64,000 nucleotides of DNA from Candidatus Aenigmatarchaeota archaeon (GTDB taxonomy: Archaea > Aenigmatarchaeota > Aenigmatarchaeia > CG10238-14 > SCSR01). The notes under the pieces are model-generated. The model saw only the letters and a list, made by a program, of their open reading frames with translations, was not told the DNA's origin and did no database searches. Each line of letters starts with the position of its first letter. The stretch's first letter is position 1. Where the stretch lies: NCBI GenBank assembly GCA_038999725.1, contig JAWBWS010000002.1, forward strand, positions 94,850-158,849. The letters are read 5' to 3'. Both the position numbers and the translations under genes were made by a program. Positions 28,962 to 38,906 of the stretch are shown piece after piece.

Positions 28962-29348
28962 CTAACCTCTTTCGCAGCTAACCTCTTTAAAGGAACCAAT
29001 ATAACATCCGCTGAGTTCGGCAGAATATATGTGTCCTTCTATGTTTTTCTTTATATCACTAAGGTTAAGTTCATAACAAGAATTTTTTCTAACCCAACTC
29101 CAATTTTTTGAACAAACAGAGAATGAATAATTAAATTGCCGTGTTGATATATCAGTCAAAATCAGTTCCCCTCCATAATATCCTGAAGACTCAGAAAAAG
29201 AACCCCCCTTTACCTCAATTAATTGAGCTGTAATAACTTCTGGTTTTTCTGGTTTTACATAAGGATTAATAACAATTGCTAAAATTGTAATGGCAAGTAT
29301 AAATGTGAAATACAATTTTTTTGTATCTCCAAACGCCCCTTTACTCAT
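28962..29348 (-). CDS. Membrane-anchored hypothetical protein
   Basis: N-terminal TM and four Cys; stop lies inside a 16-nt-period direct repeat. Confidence 0.6.
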   Translation of the reverse strand: MSKGAFGDTKKLYFTFILAITILAIVINPYVKPEKPEVITAQLIEVKGGSFSESSGYYGGELILTDISTRQFNYSFSVCSKNWSWVRKNSCYELNLSDIKKNIEGHIYSAELSGCYIGSFKEVSCERG

Positions 29349-29563
29349 TTAAATTTAATTATAATTCCAAAATTTAAATATCCTAAGCTATTGGGAGTTT
29401 CATGAACACAAAATAAAGAAAAATATGGGATGTCATAATAACTTAGGTAAAGGTGTGAAACCTATAGAATTTTAAACCATAACCAAGCTTTTAAATCTTC
29501 ATAAGTTATTCGACATTCATTAAAAACATATGAACACTGGCTTGAGTTTTACAATCTTTTAAA

Positions 29564-29673
29564 TGCCCTCGGCGGGATTCGAACCCGCGACCTTCGCCTT
29601 TCTTTCATCTTTCAATCAAACCTTCTAGCATTGCTAGAAGGGCGCTGCTCTGTCCAAACTGAGCTACGAGGGC
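29564..29673 (-). tRNA. tRNA-Arg(TCT) with 35-nt intron at 37/38 (29600-29634)
   Basis: GCCCTCG/CGAGGGC acceptor; GGA D-loop; GCGCC-CT-TCT-A|intron|A-GGCGA; GCGGG-TTCGAAT-CCCGC. Confidence 0.9.
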
Positions 29674-29749
29674 TCAATACTTTTTCTTTTATTCTAAAAC
29701 AAATAAATTTTTACATAACTTAAACAAAATTGTTTAAGTAGGTGAGCGA

Positions 29750-31585
29750 ATGAGTGAAGTTCTATCACAAGCTAAAAAAGCTTTCCTGTTGGGGAATGAA
29801 GCCATAGCAAGAGGTGCTCTGGAAGCTGGTGTTGCTGTAGCTACAACTTATCCTGGAACTCCTGCTTCAGAAATTGGTGATACCTTTGCTGAAGTAGCTA
29901 AGCAAGCAGGAATTTATTTTGAGTACAGCACGAATGAAAAAGTTGCTGTTGAAGTTGCGGCTGGTGCTTCTCTTTCTGGCTTAAGATCAATAGTCTCTTT
30001 TAAAAGTTTTGGTATAAATGTTGCTTCTGACTCAATTTTCCCTTTAGCTTATACAGGAGTTAAAGCTGGTATGCTAATAGTTGTTGCAGATGACCCAAAC
30101 TGCTGGAGTTCTGCTCAATCAGAGCAAGATAGTAGACTTTTTGCAAGAATTGCCCATTTACCAATGTTAGAACCTTCTGACCCTCAAGAAGCAAAAGACT
30201 TAACAAAACTTGCTTTTGAAATTTCAGAGAAATTTGGAATTCCCGTGATTTTGAGAACAACTACAAGAGTTAGCCACATGAGAAGTTTAGTTAAGCTTGG
30301 AGAGATTAAAAAAGTTGGGAAAAAAGTTGGATTTGTTAAAGACATCGCTTTCAAAAACTATCCACCTCAAGTTATTAAAACTCATGCCAGCTTACATGAA
30401 AAACTTGAAAAAATTGAAAAATTCAACGAAAAGAGCAAGATAAATTTAATATTGAACAAAAATTTTAAAAGTAAAATTGGGGTAATAACTTCTGGGATTT
30501 CTTTCAATTACTTGATTGAAAGTTTGGAAGAACTTAACTTGAAAATTCCTGTTTTGAAAATAAGCATGACTTATCCCCTGCCTCAAAAGCTTGTAACAAA
30601 CTTCATCAAGAATTTGAAGGAAATTCTCGTTGTTGAAGAGCTCGAACCAATTCTTGAAGAAGAGGTTAAAAAAATAGCTAAAGAGGCAAACCCTAAACTC
30701 AAAGTTCATGGCAAAGACTTGCTTCCTTTTTCTGGTGAATTTAAACCAGAAATTGTGATTCAAGCTTTGGCCAAGCTTGCTAAGAAAAAAATTCCAAAAG
30801 AAATGGAAAGCAAATTTGAAATTGAAAAGATAGAAAAAAGATTTCCTCAGCTTTGTCCTGGCTGTCCTCATAGAGCAAGCTTTTGGGCAATCAAACAAGC
30901 TGTAGGCCCTGATAAAGTTTTTGCTGGGGATATAGGTTGCTACATGCTTGGAGTTTTTCCTCCAATAAGCCAACAAGATTTCTTTCTTTCAATGGGAGCT
31001 AGCATGAGTGTTTCTCAAGGAATAGAAAGAGCAACAAAACAAAAACCTGTTGTTTTTATTGGTGACTCAACTTTCTTCCATGCAGGAATTCCAGGTTTAA
31101 TAAACGCCATCCACAATAAAAGCAATTTGCTTGTTATTGTTTTAGACAATAGGACAACTGCAATGACAGGACATCAACCCCATCCTGGAGTTGCTTTGAC
31201 TGGAATGGGAGAAGAAACTAAAGCTTTGGCAATAGAGGGAATAGCTAAAGCTTGTGGTGTGGAGAATGTTAGAGTTGTGAATGCCTTCAATATTGATGAA
31301 TTCATTCAAGTTGCAAAAGAGTTTTATTCTTTGCAAGGGGTGAGTGTAATAGTTGCAAGGGGTGAGTGTAGATTGCAAACTGTAAGAAGTATGGCAAGGA
31401 GAGGAATAAAAATTCCAAAGTTTGAATTTAAAGATCAACCTGATGAAGAAAGCATAAGCAAACTTAAAGATTTTGGATGCCCTGCAATAAGAAAGGGAAA
31501 TGAAAAATTCTACATAGATCAAAATCTTTGTTGGGGTTGTGGTGTTTGTGCTCAAATATTTAGAGGAATTAAACCAAAGGTGTGA
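29750..31585 (+). CDS. iorA: Indolepyruvate:ferredoxin oxidoreductase alpha subunit
   Basis: LLGNEAIARGA; YPGTPASE; NEKVAVE; SAQSEQDSR; LCPGCPHR; GDIGCY; GDSTFFHAG; TAMTGHQP. Confidence 0.95.
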   Translation: MSEVLSQAKKAFLLGNEAIARGALEAGVAVATTYPGTPASEIGDTFAEVAKQAGIYFEYSTNEKVAVEVAAGASLSGLRSIVSFKSFGINVASDSIFPLAYTGVKAGMLIVVADDPNCWSSAQSEQDSRLFARIAHLPMLEPSDPQEAKDLTKLAFEISEKFGIPVILRTTTRVSHMRSLVKLGEIKKVGKKVGFVKDIAFKNYPPQVIKTHASLHEKLEKIEKFNEKSKINLILNKNFKSKIGVITSGISFNYLIESLEELNLKIPVLKISMTYPLPQKLVTNFIKNLKEILVVEELEPILEEEVKKIAKEANPKLKVHGKDLLPFSGEFKPEIVIQALAKLAKKKIPKEMESKFEIEKIEKRFPQLCPGCPHRASFWAIKQAVGPDKVFAGDIGCYMLGVFPPISQQDFFLSMGASMSVSQGIERATKQKPVVFIGDSTFFHAGIPGLINAIHNKSNLLVIVLDNRTTAMTGHQPHPGVALTGMGEETKALAIEGIAKACGVENVRVVNAFNIDEFIQVAKEFYSLQGVSVIVARGECRLQTVRSMARRGIKIPKFEFKDQPDEESISKLKDFGCPAIRKGNEKFYIDQNLCWGCGVCAQIFRGIKPKV

Positions 31586-31588
31586 AAG

Positions 31589-32161
31589 ATGAGGTTTAAT
31601 TTGGTTGTTGTTGGGTATGGTGGTCAGGGAGTTTTAAGCTTAGCTGAAATCATAAGCAGAGGGGCAATTGAAGAAGGTTATGAGGTAAGAGCTGTTGAAA
31701 TTCATGGTCTTTCCCAAAGAGGTGGAATGTTGCAATGTCATGTAAGGTTTGGTGAAAGAATTTTCTCACCACTTGTTAGAAAAGCTGGGGCAAATTTGAT
31801 CATAGCTTTAGATGTTTTAGAAGCTCTCAGAGCCTGTTATTATGCCAATAAGGAAACAATTGTGCTCACTGATACAAAACTTTTAACTCCAAGACCAATT
31901 CCTGAAAGACCTTTAAAGGCAAAAGATATTTTGAAGGAAATAAAGAAATTTGCAAAAGTTGAAGCTGTCGGTGCCAGTGAGATTGTTGAAAAATTGACAG
32001 GAGAAGCTACCATGAGTAATATTTTCATGTTGGGATATAGTATAAAGAAAAAGCTTTTACCAATAAAAAAGGAGAACGCTTGGAAAGCTGTCTCCCAAAG
32101 GATTAGACCACAATTCTTAGAAGCTAACAAGAAAATTTTTGAGGAAGCTTTCAAGCTGTAA
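31589..32161 (+). CDS. iorB: Indolepyruvate:ferredoxin oxidoreductase beta subunit
   Basis: GYGGQGV; EIHGLSQRGG; HVRFG. Confidence 0.94.
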   Translation: MRFNLVVVGYGGQGVLSLAEIISRGAIEEGYEVRAVEIHGLSQRGGMLQCHVRFGERIFSPLVRKAGANLIIALDVLEALRACYYANKETIVLTDTKLLTPRPIPERPLKAKDILKEIKKFAKVEAVGASEIVEKLTGEATMSNIFMLGYSIKKKLLPIKKENAWKAVSQRIRPQFLEANKKIFEEAFKL

Positions 32162-32193
32162 GATTTTTACTATGACAAAAGCAATTAAAAAAT

Positions 32194-34173
32194 ATGGTTT
32201 TTGGTTTTATGGATTCATGGGTTGTTAAAAAAGGCGAGCTCTATTGGCCTTCTGATAAGATGAAAAAACATGCATGGATCTCTGATAAGAGAATTTATGA
32301 AGATGCGTATAAAGATCCTGTAAAGTTTTGGGAAAGTTTAGCAGAGCAACTCTTTTGGTTCAAGAAATGGGAGAAAGCTTTTGTACATCAGCCACCCTAT
32401 TTTAAATGGTTTTGTGATGGAAAAATAAACATAACTTCTAATATTTTTGAAAAAAACCCGAACTGGGGAAAAATTAAAAATAAACCTGCTATAATTTGGG
32501 AACCAGAACCAATTGAAGAAAACCCAAGAATTCTCACCTACGGAGAGCTTTTCAAGCAAGTGAATAAAACAGCAAATGCTTTGAAGAAATTAGGGGTGAA
32601 AAAGGGAGATGTAGTTGGAATTTACTTACCAATGATTCCCGAAGCAATAGTTTCGATGTTGGCTTGCGCCAGGATTGGTGCCGTTCATACTGTAGTTTTT
32701 TCAGCATTTTCTCCTGAAGCTTTGAGAGTTAGGCTTCAAATGACAGAAGCAAGATTCCTGATAACTGCTGATGGATACTACAGAAGAGGAAAAATCATAA
32801 ATTTGAAAGAAAATGCTGATGAAGGTGTAAAAGAAACAAATGTGGAAAAGGTTGTAGTGGTTAAAAGAATTGGAAATCAAGTTGCTTGGAATCCTGAAAG
32901 AGATTTTTGGTGGCATGAACTTATAGAAAAAGAGAGTGAAGAGTGTGAAGCCGAGATTATGGACTCAGAAGACCTTTTATTCATATTGTATACTTCAGGC
33001 TCGACAGGTAAACCAAAAGGTTGTTGTCATGTTTGTGGCGGCTATACTGTTCAAGCTTATTGGACTGGAAAGTGGATTTTTGACTTCCATGAAAATGATT
33101 TACTTTGGTGCACTTCTGATTTAGGTTGGATTACAGGACACACATATGTATGCTACTCCCCTCTCCTAAATGGAATAACAACTTTGATTTTTGAAGGTTC
33201 TTTAGATTATCCCTCTCCTGAAAGATGGGCAGAAATAATTGAAAAATATAAAGTGACAATTTTTTATACTGCCCCAACTGCAATTAGAATGTTTGAGAAA
33301 ATGAACGGTAAAGTTGCTAAAAATTATAAGTTTAAATCTTTGAGACTCTTAGGCTCAGTTGGTGAGGTGATTGATGAGGGGGCTTGGAATTGGTACTTTG
33401 AGAATGTGGGTAAGAGAAAATGCATAATAGTTGACACATGGTGGCAGACAGAAACTGGAGGTATTCTCATAACTCCTTTACCTGGGATTGGGCCTTTCAA
33501 ACCAACTTTTACTGGTTTACCTTTCCCTGGAATTAGGGTTGATATCTTGGATGAAGAAGGCAAACCTTGTCAAGTAAACCAAGTGGGAAATCTTGTGATA
33601 TTGCCACCTTTTTCTCCTGGGATGTTTAGAGGAATTTATAGAGATCCTGAAAAATATGATGAAAGTTATTTCAGTAAATATGGTAAGGAAGTTTACCTGG
33701 CTGGGGATGGTGCTTTTAGGGATGAGAACAATTTGATTAGAATAACTGGTAGGATTGATGATGTGCTTAAAGTTGCTGGTCATAGGTTATCAAATGCTGA
33801 AATTGAAAACGCCATAAATTTACATGAGGCTGTGGTTGAATCGGCTGTTGTTGGTATGCCGGATGAAATAAAGGGGGAAGTGCCAATAGCTTTTGTTGTT
33901 TTGAAAGCTGGTTTTCGACCAAGTGAAAAACTTTCTTCTGAGCTGATTGAGCTTGTTGTAAAGAAGATTGGACCCATAGCGAAGCCTGCCAAAATAATTT
34001 ATGTTCAAGACTTGCCCAAGACGAGAAGCGGAAAAATAATGAGAAGGATAATGAAGAATTTGATAAAAAAAGAAGAAACTGGAGACATATCAACTTTAGC
34101 AAATCCTGAGAGCGTTGAAAAATTGAAGGAAATTATAAGTAGCATTTATTGCTCCAACACTAAAGCTTTTTAA
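32194..34173 (+). CDS. acs: Acetyl-CoA synthetase (AMP-forming)
   Basis: LYTSGSTGKPKG; DTWWQTETGG; GRIDDVLKVAGHRL; LPKTRSGKIMRR. Confidence 0.95.
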   Translation: MVFGFMDSWVVKKGELYWPSDKMKKHAWISDKRIYEDAYKDPVKFWESLAEQLFWFKKWEKAFVHQPPYFKWFCDGKINITSNIFEKNPNWGKIKNKPAIIWEPEPIEENPRILTYGELFKQVNKTANALKKLGVKKGDVVGIYLPMIPEAIVSMLACARIGAVHTVVFSAFSPEALRVRLQMTEARFLITADGYYRRGKIINLKENADEGVKETNVEKVVVVKRIGNQVAWNPERDFWWHELIEKESEECEAEIMDSEDLLFILYTSGSTGKPKGCCHVCGGYTVQAYWTGKWIFDFHENDLLWCTSDLGWITGHTYVCYSPLLNGITTLIFEGSLDYPSPERWAEIIEKYKVTIFYTAPTAIRMFEKMNGKVAKNYKFKSLRLLGSVGEVIDEGAWNWYFENVGKRKCIIVDTWWQTETGGILITPLPGIGPFKPTFTGLPFPGIRVDILDEEGKPCQVNQVGNLVILPPFSPGMFRGIYRDPEKYDESYFSKYGKEVYLAGDGAFRDENNLIRITGRIDDVLKVAGHRLSNAEIENAINLHEAVVESAVVGMPDEIKGEVPIAFVVLKAGFRPSEKLSSELIELVVKKIGPIAKPAKIIYVQDLPKTRSGKIMRRIMKNLIKKEETGDISTLANPESVEKLKEIISSIYCSNTKAF

Positions 34174-34206
34174 TCTTTTTTCTCCAAGAATAATTTAGTG
34201 AGTAGG

Positions 34207-34230
34207 ATGGGTGAGCGACTTCTCCTATAA
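34207..34230 (+). promoter_or_regulatory. Putative leuS leader peptide MGERLLL*
   Basis: ATG GGT GAG CGA CTT CTC CTA TAA, 42 nt upstream of the leuS ATG; TCTCCT complementary to the leuS SD AGGAGG. Confidence 0.7.
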
Positions 34231-34272
34231 GCTTAAACCCCATTTTTCCCTATTTTATTCAGGAGGCTAGGT

Positions 34273-36984
34273 ATGGTCATATCTATAGGAAATGTAAGAA
34301 AAATAGAGAAGAAGTGGCAAGCTGAGTGGGAGAGAGCTAAAGTTTTTGAGGCAAACGTCGATGAAAGTAGAAAGAAATTCTTTCTCACATTTCCTTATCC
34401 ATATGTGAATGGTACAGCCCACATAGGCCACAGTTTTTCATTTTTTAGAGTGGATTCATTTGCCAGATTTAAAAGAATGCAAGGTTTTAATGTTCTTTAT
34501 CCCCAAGGTTTTCATGCTACCGGTGAACCCATTCTTGGGACAATAGAAAGGTTAAAAGAGGGGGATGAAACTCAAAAAGAAACTTTCAAACTCTATGGTG
34601 CTAGTGATAAAGATATCCAAGCTTTCATCGAGAAGGGCCCGGTTTTTGTGGCAAAATACTGGATGAAAAAGTGGATTGAAATTCTTAAACTAGCTGGATG
34701 CTCTATAGATTGGAGGAGAACCTTTATCACTACAACCATAACTCCACAATATTCTAGGTTCATCGAATGGCAGTACAATACCTTAAGAGAGAAAGGTTAT
34801 GTGGTTCAGGGCACACACCCTGTAATCTGGTGCCCCAAATGTCAATCACCGACTGGTGATCATGATAGGCTTAAGGGTGAAGGTGAGAGTCCAATCGATT
34901 ATATCTTAATTAAATTCAAACTTGATTCTGGAGAAATTTTGCCTTGTGGTACTTTAAGACCAGAAACAACTTATGGTGTCACAAACCTTTGGATAAATCC
35001 TGAAGCAGAGTATGTTTGGGCTAAAGTTAATGGGGAAACTTGGCTATTGAGTAAAGAGGCTGTAGAAAAACTAAAAGACCAGCTTAAAAAAGTCGAAGTT
35101 TTAAGCAGTGTAAAAGGCTCGGAGCTTGTAGGAAAATATGTGGAGAATCCTGTAACAAAAGATAAAGTGATTGTTTTGCCTGCAAGCTTTGTTGATCCAG
35201 ATGCTGCTACTGGTATTGTAATGTCTGTTCCTTCTCATGCCCCTTACGATTGGATTGGCTTGCTCGATCTACAGAGAAATCCTGAGGAGGTAAAAAAATA
35301 TGGAATTGACCCAGAAATTGTGTTCAACATAAAACCAATCTCACTGATAAAAACGCCTGGACTTGAAGATCATCCTGCTATAGAGTTTTGTGAAAAGCTT
35401 GGGGTTGAAAACCAGAAAGATAGGGAAAAATTGGATGAAGCCACTTCTCAAGTTTACAAGAAAGAATTCCATCTCGGTGTATTGAAAGAAAATTGTGGAG
35501 AATATGCTGGTATGAAAGTGTCTGATTGTAAGGAGAAACTTTCAAGAGAATTTATAGAAAGAGGAATAGCTGATGTGATGTGGGAGTCTACTGGCTTAGT
35601 TATTTGCAGATGTGGAAATAAAAATCATGTTAAAATTTTGGAAAATCAGTGGTTCTTAAAATATTCTGATGAAGGTTGGAAGGAAAAAGTTAGACAGTGT
35701 ATAAAATCTATGAAGTTTTATCCAGAAGAGATAAGGAGCCAATTCCTCAACACTGTTGACTGGCTGAAAGATAAAGCTTGCACAAGAAGGACCGGTCTAG
35801 GTACTCCCTTACCCTGGGATAAAAGCTGGATAATCGAAACACTTTCTGATAGTGTGATTTACATGGCTTATTATACTATAGCTAAAGTGATAAATGAGAA
35901 GCAAGTGTCTGCTGAAAAACTTACAGATGAAGTTTTCGATTATATCTTTTTAAGTAAAGGAAATTTGGAAGATGTGAGCAAAAAATCTGGCCTAGAAAAA
36001 GAAGTTATTGAAGAAATGAAAAGGGAATTTGAGTATTTCTATCCTGTGGACTTCAGAGGTTCGGGAAAAGATCTTGTACAAAATCATTTGACCTTTTATC
36101 TTTTCCACCATGTTGCGATTTGGGAAGATTCTAAATATTGGCCAAAGGCAATTGGCGTGAATGGTTTTGTTAATGTGGAAGGAACAAAAATGAGTAAGTC
36201 CAAAGGCAATATAATACCTTTAAAAGATTTGGTGAATAAAATTGGGAGCGATTTAGTGAGAATAAATATAATCGCCTCTGCTGAAAACTTGGATGATGCT
36301 AACTGGAGAGATGAAACTGTTGCAACATATGCTTCAAAAATTAAATTCATTTCAAAACTTGTTAAAAACTTGAAAAAAGCCAAGAGAGAGGATGTGAAAA
36401 AAATTGATCTGTTGATGCAAAGTAAAATTCAGCAACATGTGAAAAAAACAACAGAAGCTTACGAAGAACTCAAATTCAGGACTGCTGTTCAAGCTGCTCT
36501 TTTTGAATTTACAAATGATTTGAAAGAATATATTGAAAGGTGTGGTGGGATTAAAAATTGTAATAAACAAATAATTTCAGAGGCTGTAAATATTTTAATA
36601 AAATTGCTCGCTCCTGTTTTGCCTCATATAGCTGAAGAATTGTGGAGTCTATTGGGAAATAGTGGTTTTGTCTGTGTTGCAAAATGGCCGGAATTTGATG
36701 AAAACAAGGTTGATAAAACTGTGGTTGAGCTGGAGCAAAACTTCAAAAAGTTAACGGAAGATATCTCTCAGGTTAAAAAACTTGCTGGTGAAAAAGAGAA
36801 AGCTTACTTTTATTTTGCCACTGAAAAAGAAATGGAATATTTTGAAGAACTTAAAAGATATTTGAAAAAGAAGTTTGGGTTTAAGAAAATTTTTGCTTTC
36901 AAGGCTTATGATGAAAGGAGATATGACCCACAAAATAAAGCTGCAAAAGCCAAATATGGTAAACCTGGGATTTACTTGGAATAA
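34273..36984 (+). CDS. leuS: Leucine--tRNA ligase
   Basis: PYPYVNGTAHIGH; TLRPET; SVPSHAPYD; GKDLVQNHL; KMSKS. Confidence 0.97.
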   Translation: MVISIGNVRKIEKKWQAEWERAKVFEANVDESRKKFFLTFPYPYVNGTAHIGHSFSFFRVDSFARFKRMQGFNVLYPQGFHATGEPILGTIERLKEGDETQKETFKLYGASDKDIQAFIEKGPVFVAKYWMKKWIEILKLAGCSIDWRRTFITTTITPQYSRFIEWQYNTLREKGYVVQGTHPVIWCPKCQSPTGDHDRLKGEGESPIDYILIKFKLDSGEILPCGTLRPETTYGVTNLWINPEAEYVWAKVNGETWLLSKEAVEKLKDQLKKVEVLSSVKGSELVGKYVENPVTKDKVIVLPASFVDPDAATGIVMSVPSHAPYDWIGLLDLQRNPEEVKKYGIDPEIVFNIKPISLIKTPGLEDHPAIEFCEKLGVENQKDREKLDEATSQVYKKEFHLGVLKENCGEYAGMKVSDCKEKLSREFIERGIADVMWESTGLVICRCGNKNHVKILENQWFLKYSDEGWKEKVRQCIKSMKFYPEEIRSQFLNTVDWLKDKACTRRTGLGTPLPWDKSWIIETLSDSVIYMAYYTIAKVINEKQVSAEKLTDEVFDYIFLSKGNLEDVSKKSGLEKEVIEEMKREFEYFYPVDFRGSGKDLVQNHLTFYLFHHVAIWEDSKYWPKAIGVNGFVNVEGTKMSKSKGNIIPLKDLVNKIGSDLVRINIIASAENLDDANWRDETVATYASKIKFISKLVKNLKKAKREDVKKIDLLMQSKIQQHVKKTTEAYEELKFRTAVQAALFEFTNDLKEYIERCGGIKNCNKQIISEAVNILIKLLAPVLPHIAEELWSLLGNSGFVCVAKWPEFDENKVDKTVVELEQNFKKLTEDISQVKKLAGEKEKAYFYFATEKEMEYFEELKRYLKKKFGFKKIFAFKAYDERRYDPQNKAAKAKYGKPGIYLE

Positions 36985-37776
36985 CTAGAATACAATTAAT
37001 GTTGACTCTATTACAGCGGCTATCACAAGCAAGATGAAAGCTGTAGCCATCATTTCAAAACTATCCCTCAGGATGAAACTGAGCTTTTCTGTTTTCCTTT
37101 TTGTAAAAGCAAGTGAAACAAGACCGCCAGAAATTCCCCCTATAAAATAGGCTAAAATTTCAAGGCTCCCATGAGGAAAGAAAGTCAAAATAGCTGAAGG
37201 AATTCCTCTGAAGCCGCCCAAGCTTTTTGCTGTCATTCCTATGGCAACAGAAAGTACGGAAGCGTTCCAAGCCAGGATAAAAATTGCCCCTGCACCAAAG
37301 AGGAATGAAAGGAGGAATGAAAGTGTAAGCACACCAGTATTGTTTATCAAGATGGTTGAGAAGGTACCACCGAATGTGGCTCTACCCCTCATCCGATTGA
37401 TTATATCGAGTTGATCTCTGAAAAGTTTTTCAGACCAATTCTCTGGTATCATCATAAAGAGGATCGTTTGAGTTAAAATCATGCCAACAAAAAACGCAAT
37501 GTAAACCATAATCACATTTCTGTGCCTCTGAAAAATGTTCATCTTCTTCAATTCTTCTGCTTTCTGTTCTAGCTTCGCTCCTTCATATCTCATGAAATCC
37601 AACATGAAGGGCATTATCCCGAAAGTTATAAAAAAATTGCTCATTAAACCTGGGGAATCGGGAAAAAGCAAGAAAGAGAGGAATAAACTTATTGTAGAAA
37701 TTATTCCACCAAGTATGAAAACCCAGAATGGTTGTTTTAGGGCAATCCTCACATTTACCAATCTTTCCAAGACCAT
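36985..37776 (-). CDS. SpoIIM/DUF95-family membrane protein
   Basis: ILINN; LAWNASV; PHGSLEI; IAAVIES. Confidence 0.88.
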   Translation of the reverse strand: MVLERLVNVRIALKQPFWVFILGGIISTISLFLSFLLFPDSPGLMSNFFITFGIMPFMLDFMRYEGAKLEQKAEELKKMNIFQRHRNVIMVYIAFFVGMILTQTILFMMIPENWSEKLFRDQLDIINRMRGRATFGGTFSTILINNTGVLTLSFLLSFLFGAGAIFILAWNASVLSVAIGMTAKSLGGFRGIPSAILTFFPHGSLEILAYFIGGISGGLVSLAFTKRKTEKLSFILRDSFEMMATAFILLVIAAVIESTLIVF

Positions 37777-37821
37777 TCTCTCTATAAAAAATTAATTTTT
37801 AAAAACATTAATCTCTTAAGT

Positions 37822-38271
37822 ATGAAAAAGTCTTCTTTAATCGGAATTATATTAATTTTGCTAATGCTAAGTTCCACTTTTATTTACTTCATTTCTTCTT
37901 TTCTTTTTCAACCAACACTGCCGGAAGGAAATATAGTTGATTATGAGCTAGACATTCAACAGAAGAATTTGGTCCTAAAGCAAGGCAGGGTTTTAATGGA
38001 ATTTTTTTATAACAAGAATTGTACTGAATGCGAAGAGAAAATTTCTTTTCTTGAGTCTTTTGCAAATGAGTATAAAGACAAAACTTTCTTAGAAAAGATT
38101 TCAGTAATCGAGGGTAAACCTAAACTTCACTTCATAGGATTTAACGTGAGCGAAAACAGGATTTACCTTCAAGAAAGGTTCTTAGAGGAGGAAAATATAA
38201 CAGAAGAGAATACTAAGAAGGTTTTATGTGAAATCATGCTTTATCCACCTGTAGAATGTGTTGGTGTTTAA
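37822..38271 (+). CDS. Membrane-anchored protein with thioredoxin-like CxxC
   Basis: N-terminal TM; FFYNKNCTEC. Confidence 0.6.
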   Translation: MKKSSLIGIILILLMLSSTFIYFISSFLFQPTLPEGNIVDYELDIQQKNLVLKQGRVLMEFFYNKNCTECEEKISFLESFANEYKDKTFLEKISVIEGKPKLHFIGFNVSENRIYLQERFLEEENITEENTKKVLCEIMLYPPVECVGV

Positions 38272-38304
38272 AATTGCTGAGAAAAATCGTAGAAGGCAAA
38301 TAAC

Positions 38305-38901
38305 ATGAAAATTATTGGTATAGATCTTGCTGGTAGTGAAAAACAAGCCACAGGGTTTTGTTTTATGAACGAAAATTTGAATTGCGAAACTCTCACCCTA
38401 CACTCAGATAGAGAAATAATTGAAGAAACACTCAAGAGAGATCCTGATATAATAAGTATAGATGCTCCTCTAAGTTTACCAAAAGATAGAAAAAGTCTTG
38501 AAGAAAGAAGAGGTTCACATTTGAGAGCATGTGATAGAGAGCTTTTGAAAATGAAGATAAAATTTTTTCCTCTAACTCTTGGACCTATGAGAAGTTTGAC
38601 GAAAAGGGGAATAAAATTGAAAAAATTTTTTGAGAGAAAGGGATATAAAGTGATAGAAAGTTTCCCAGGAGCAGCTCAAGACTTATTGGGTATAGGTAGA
38701 AAACAAAAAGGTTTGGAAAAATTGAGAAAGGGTTTGATGAAATTTGGAATTAAAGGAGATATAGAGAAAAAGAAAATAACAGATGATGAATTGGATGCTA
38801 TCACCTCAGCTTTAGTTGGGAAGTTGTTTCTGGAAAATAATTATATTGCTATAGGAGATCCGGAAGAAGGTTTAATCATTTTACCAAAAACAAAGAAATG
38901 A
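38305..38901 (+). CDS. DUF429 family (RNase H-like) protein
   Basis: IGIDLAG; IDAPLSLP; LRACDREL; IESFPG; DELDA. Confidence 0.9.
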   Translation: MKIIGIDLAGSEKQATGFCFMNENLNCETLTLHSDREIIEETLKRDPDIISIDAPLSLPKDRKSLEERRGSHLRACDRELLKMKIKFFPLTLGPMRSLTKRGIKLKKFFERKGYKVIESFPGAAQDLLGIGRKQKGLEKLRKGLMKFGIKGDIEKKKITDDELDAITSALVGKLFLENNYIAIGDPEEGLIILPKTKK

Positions 38902-38906
38902 GTGAT

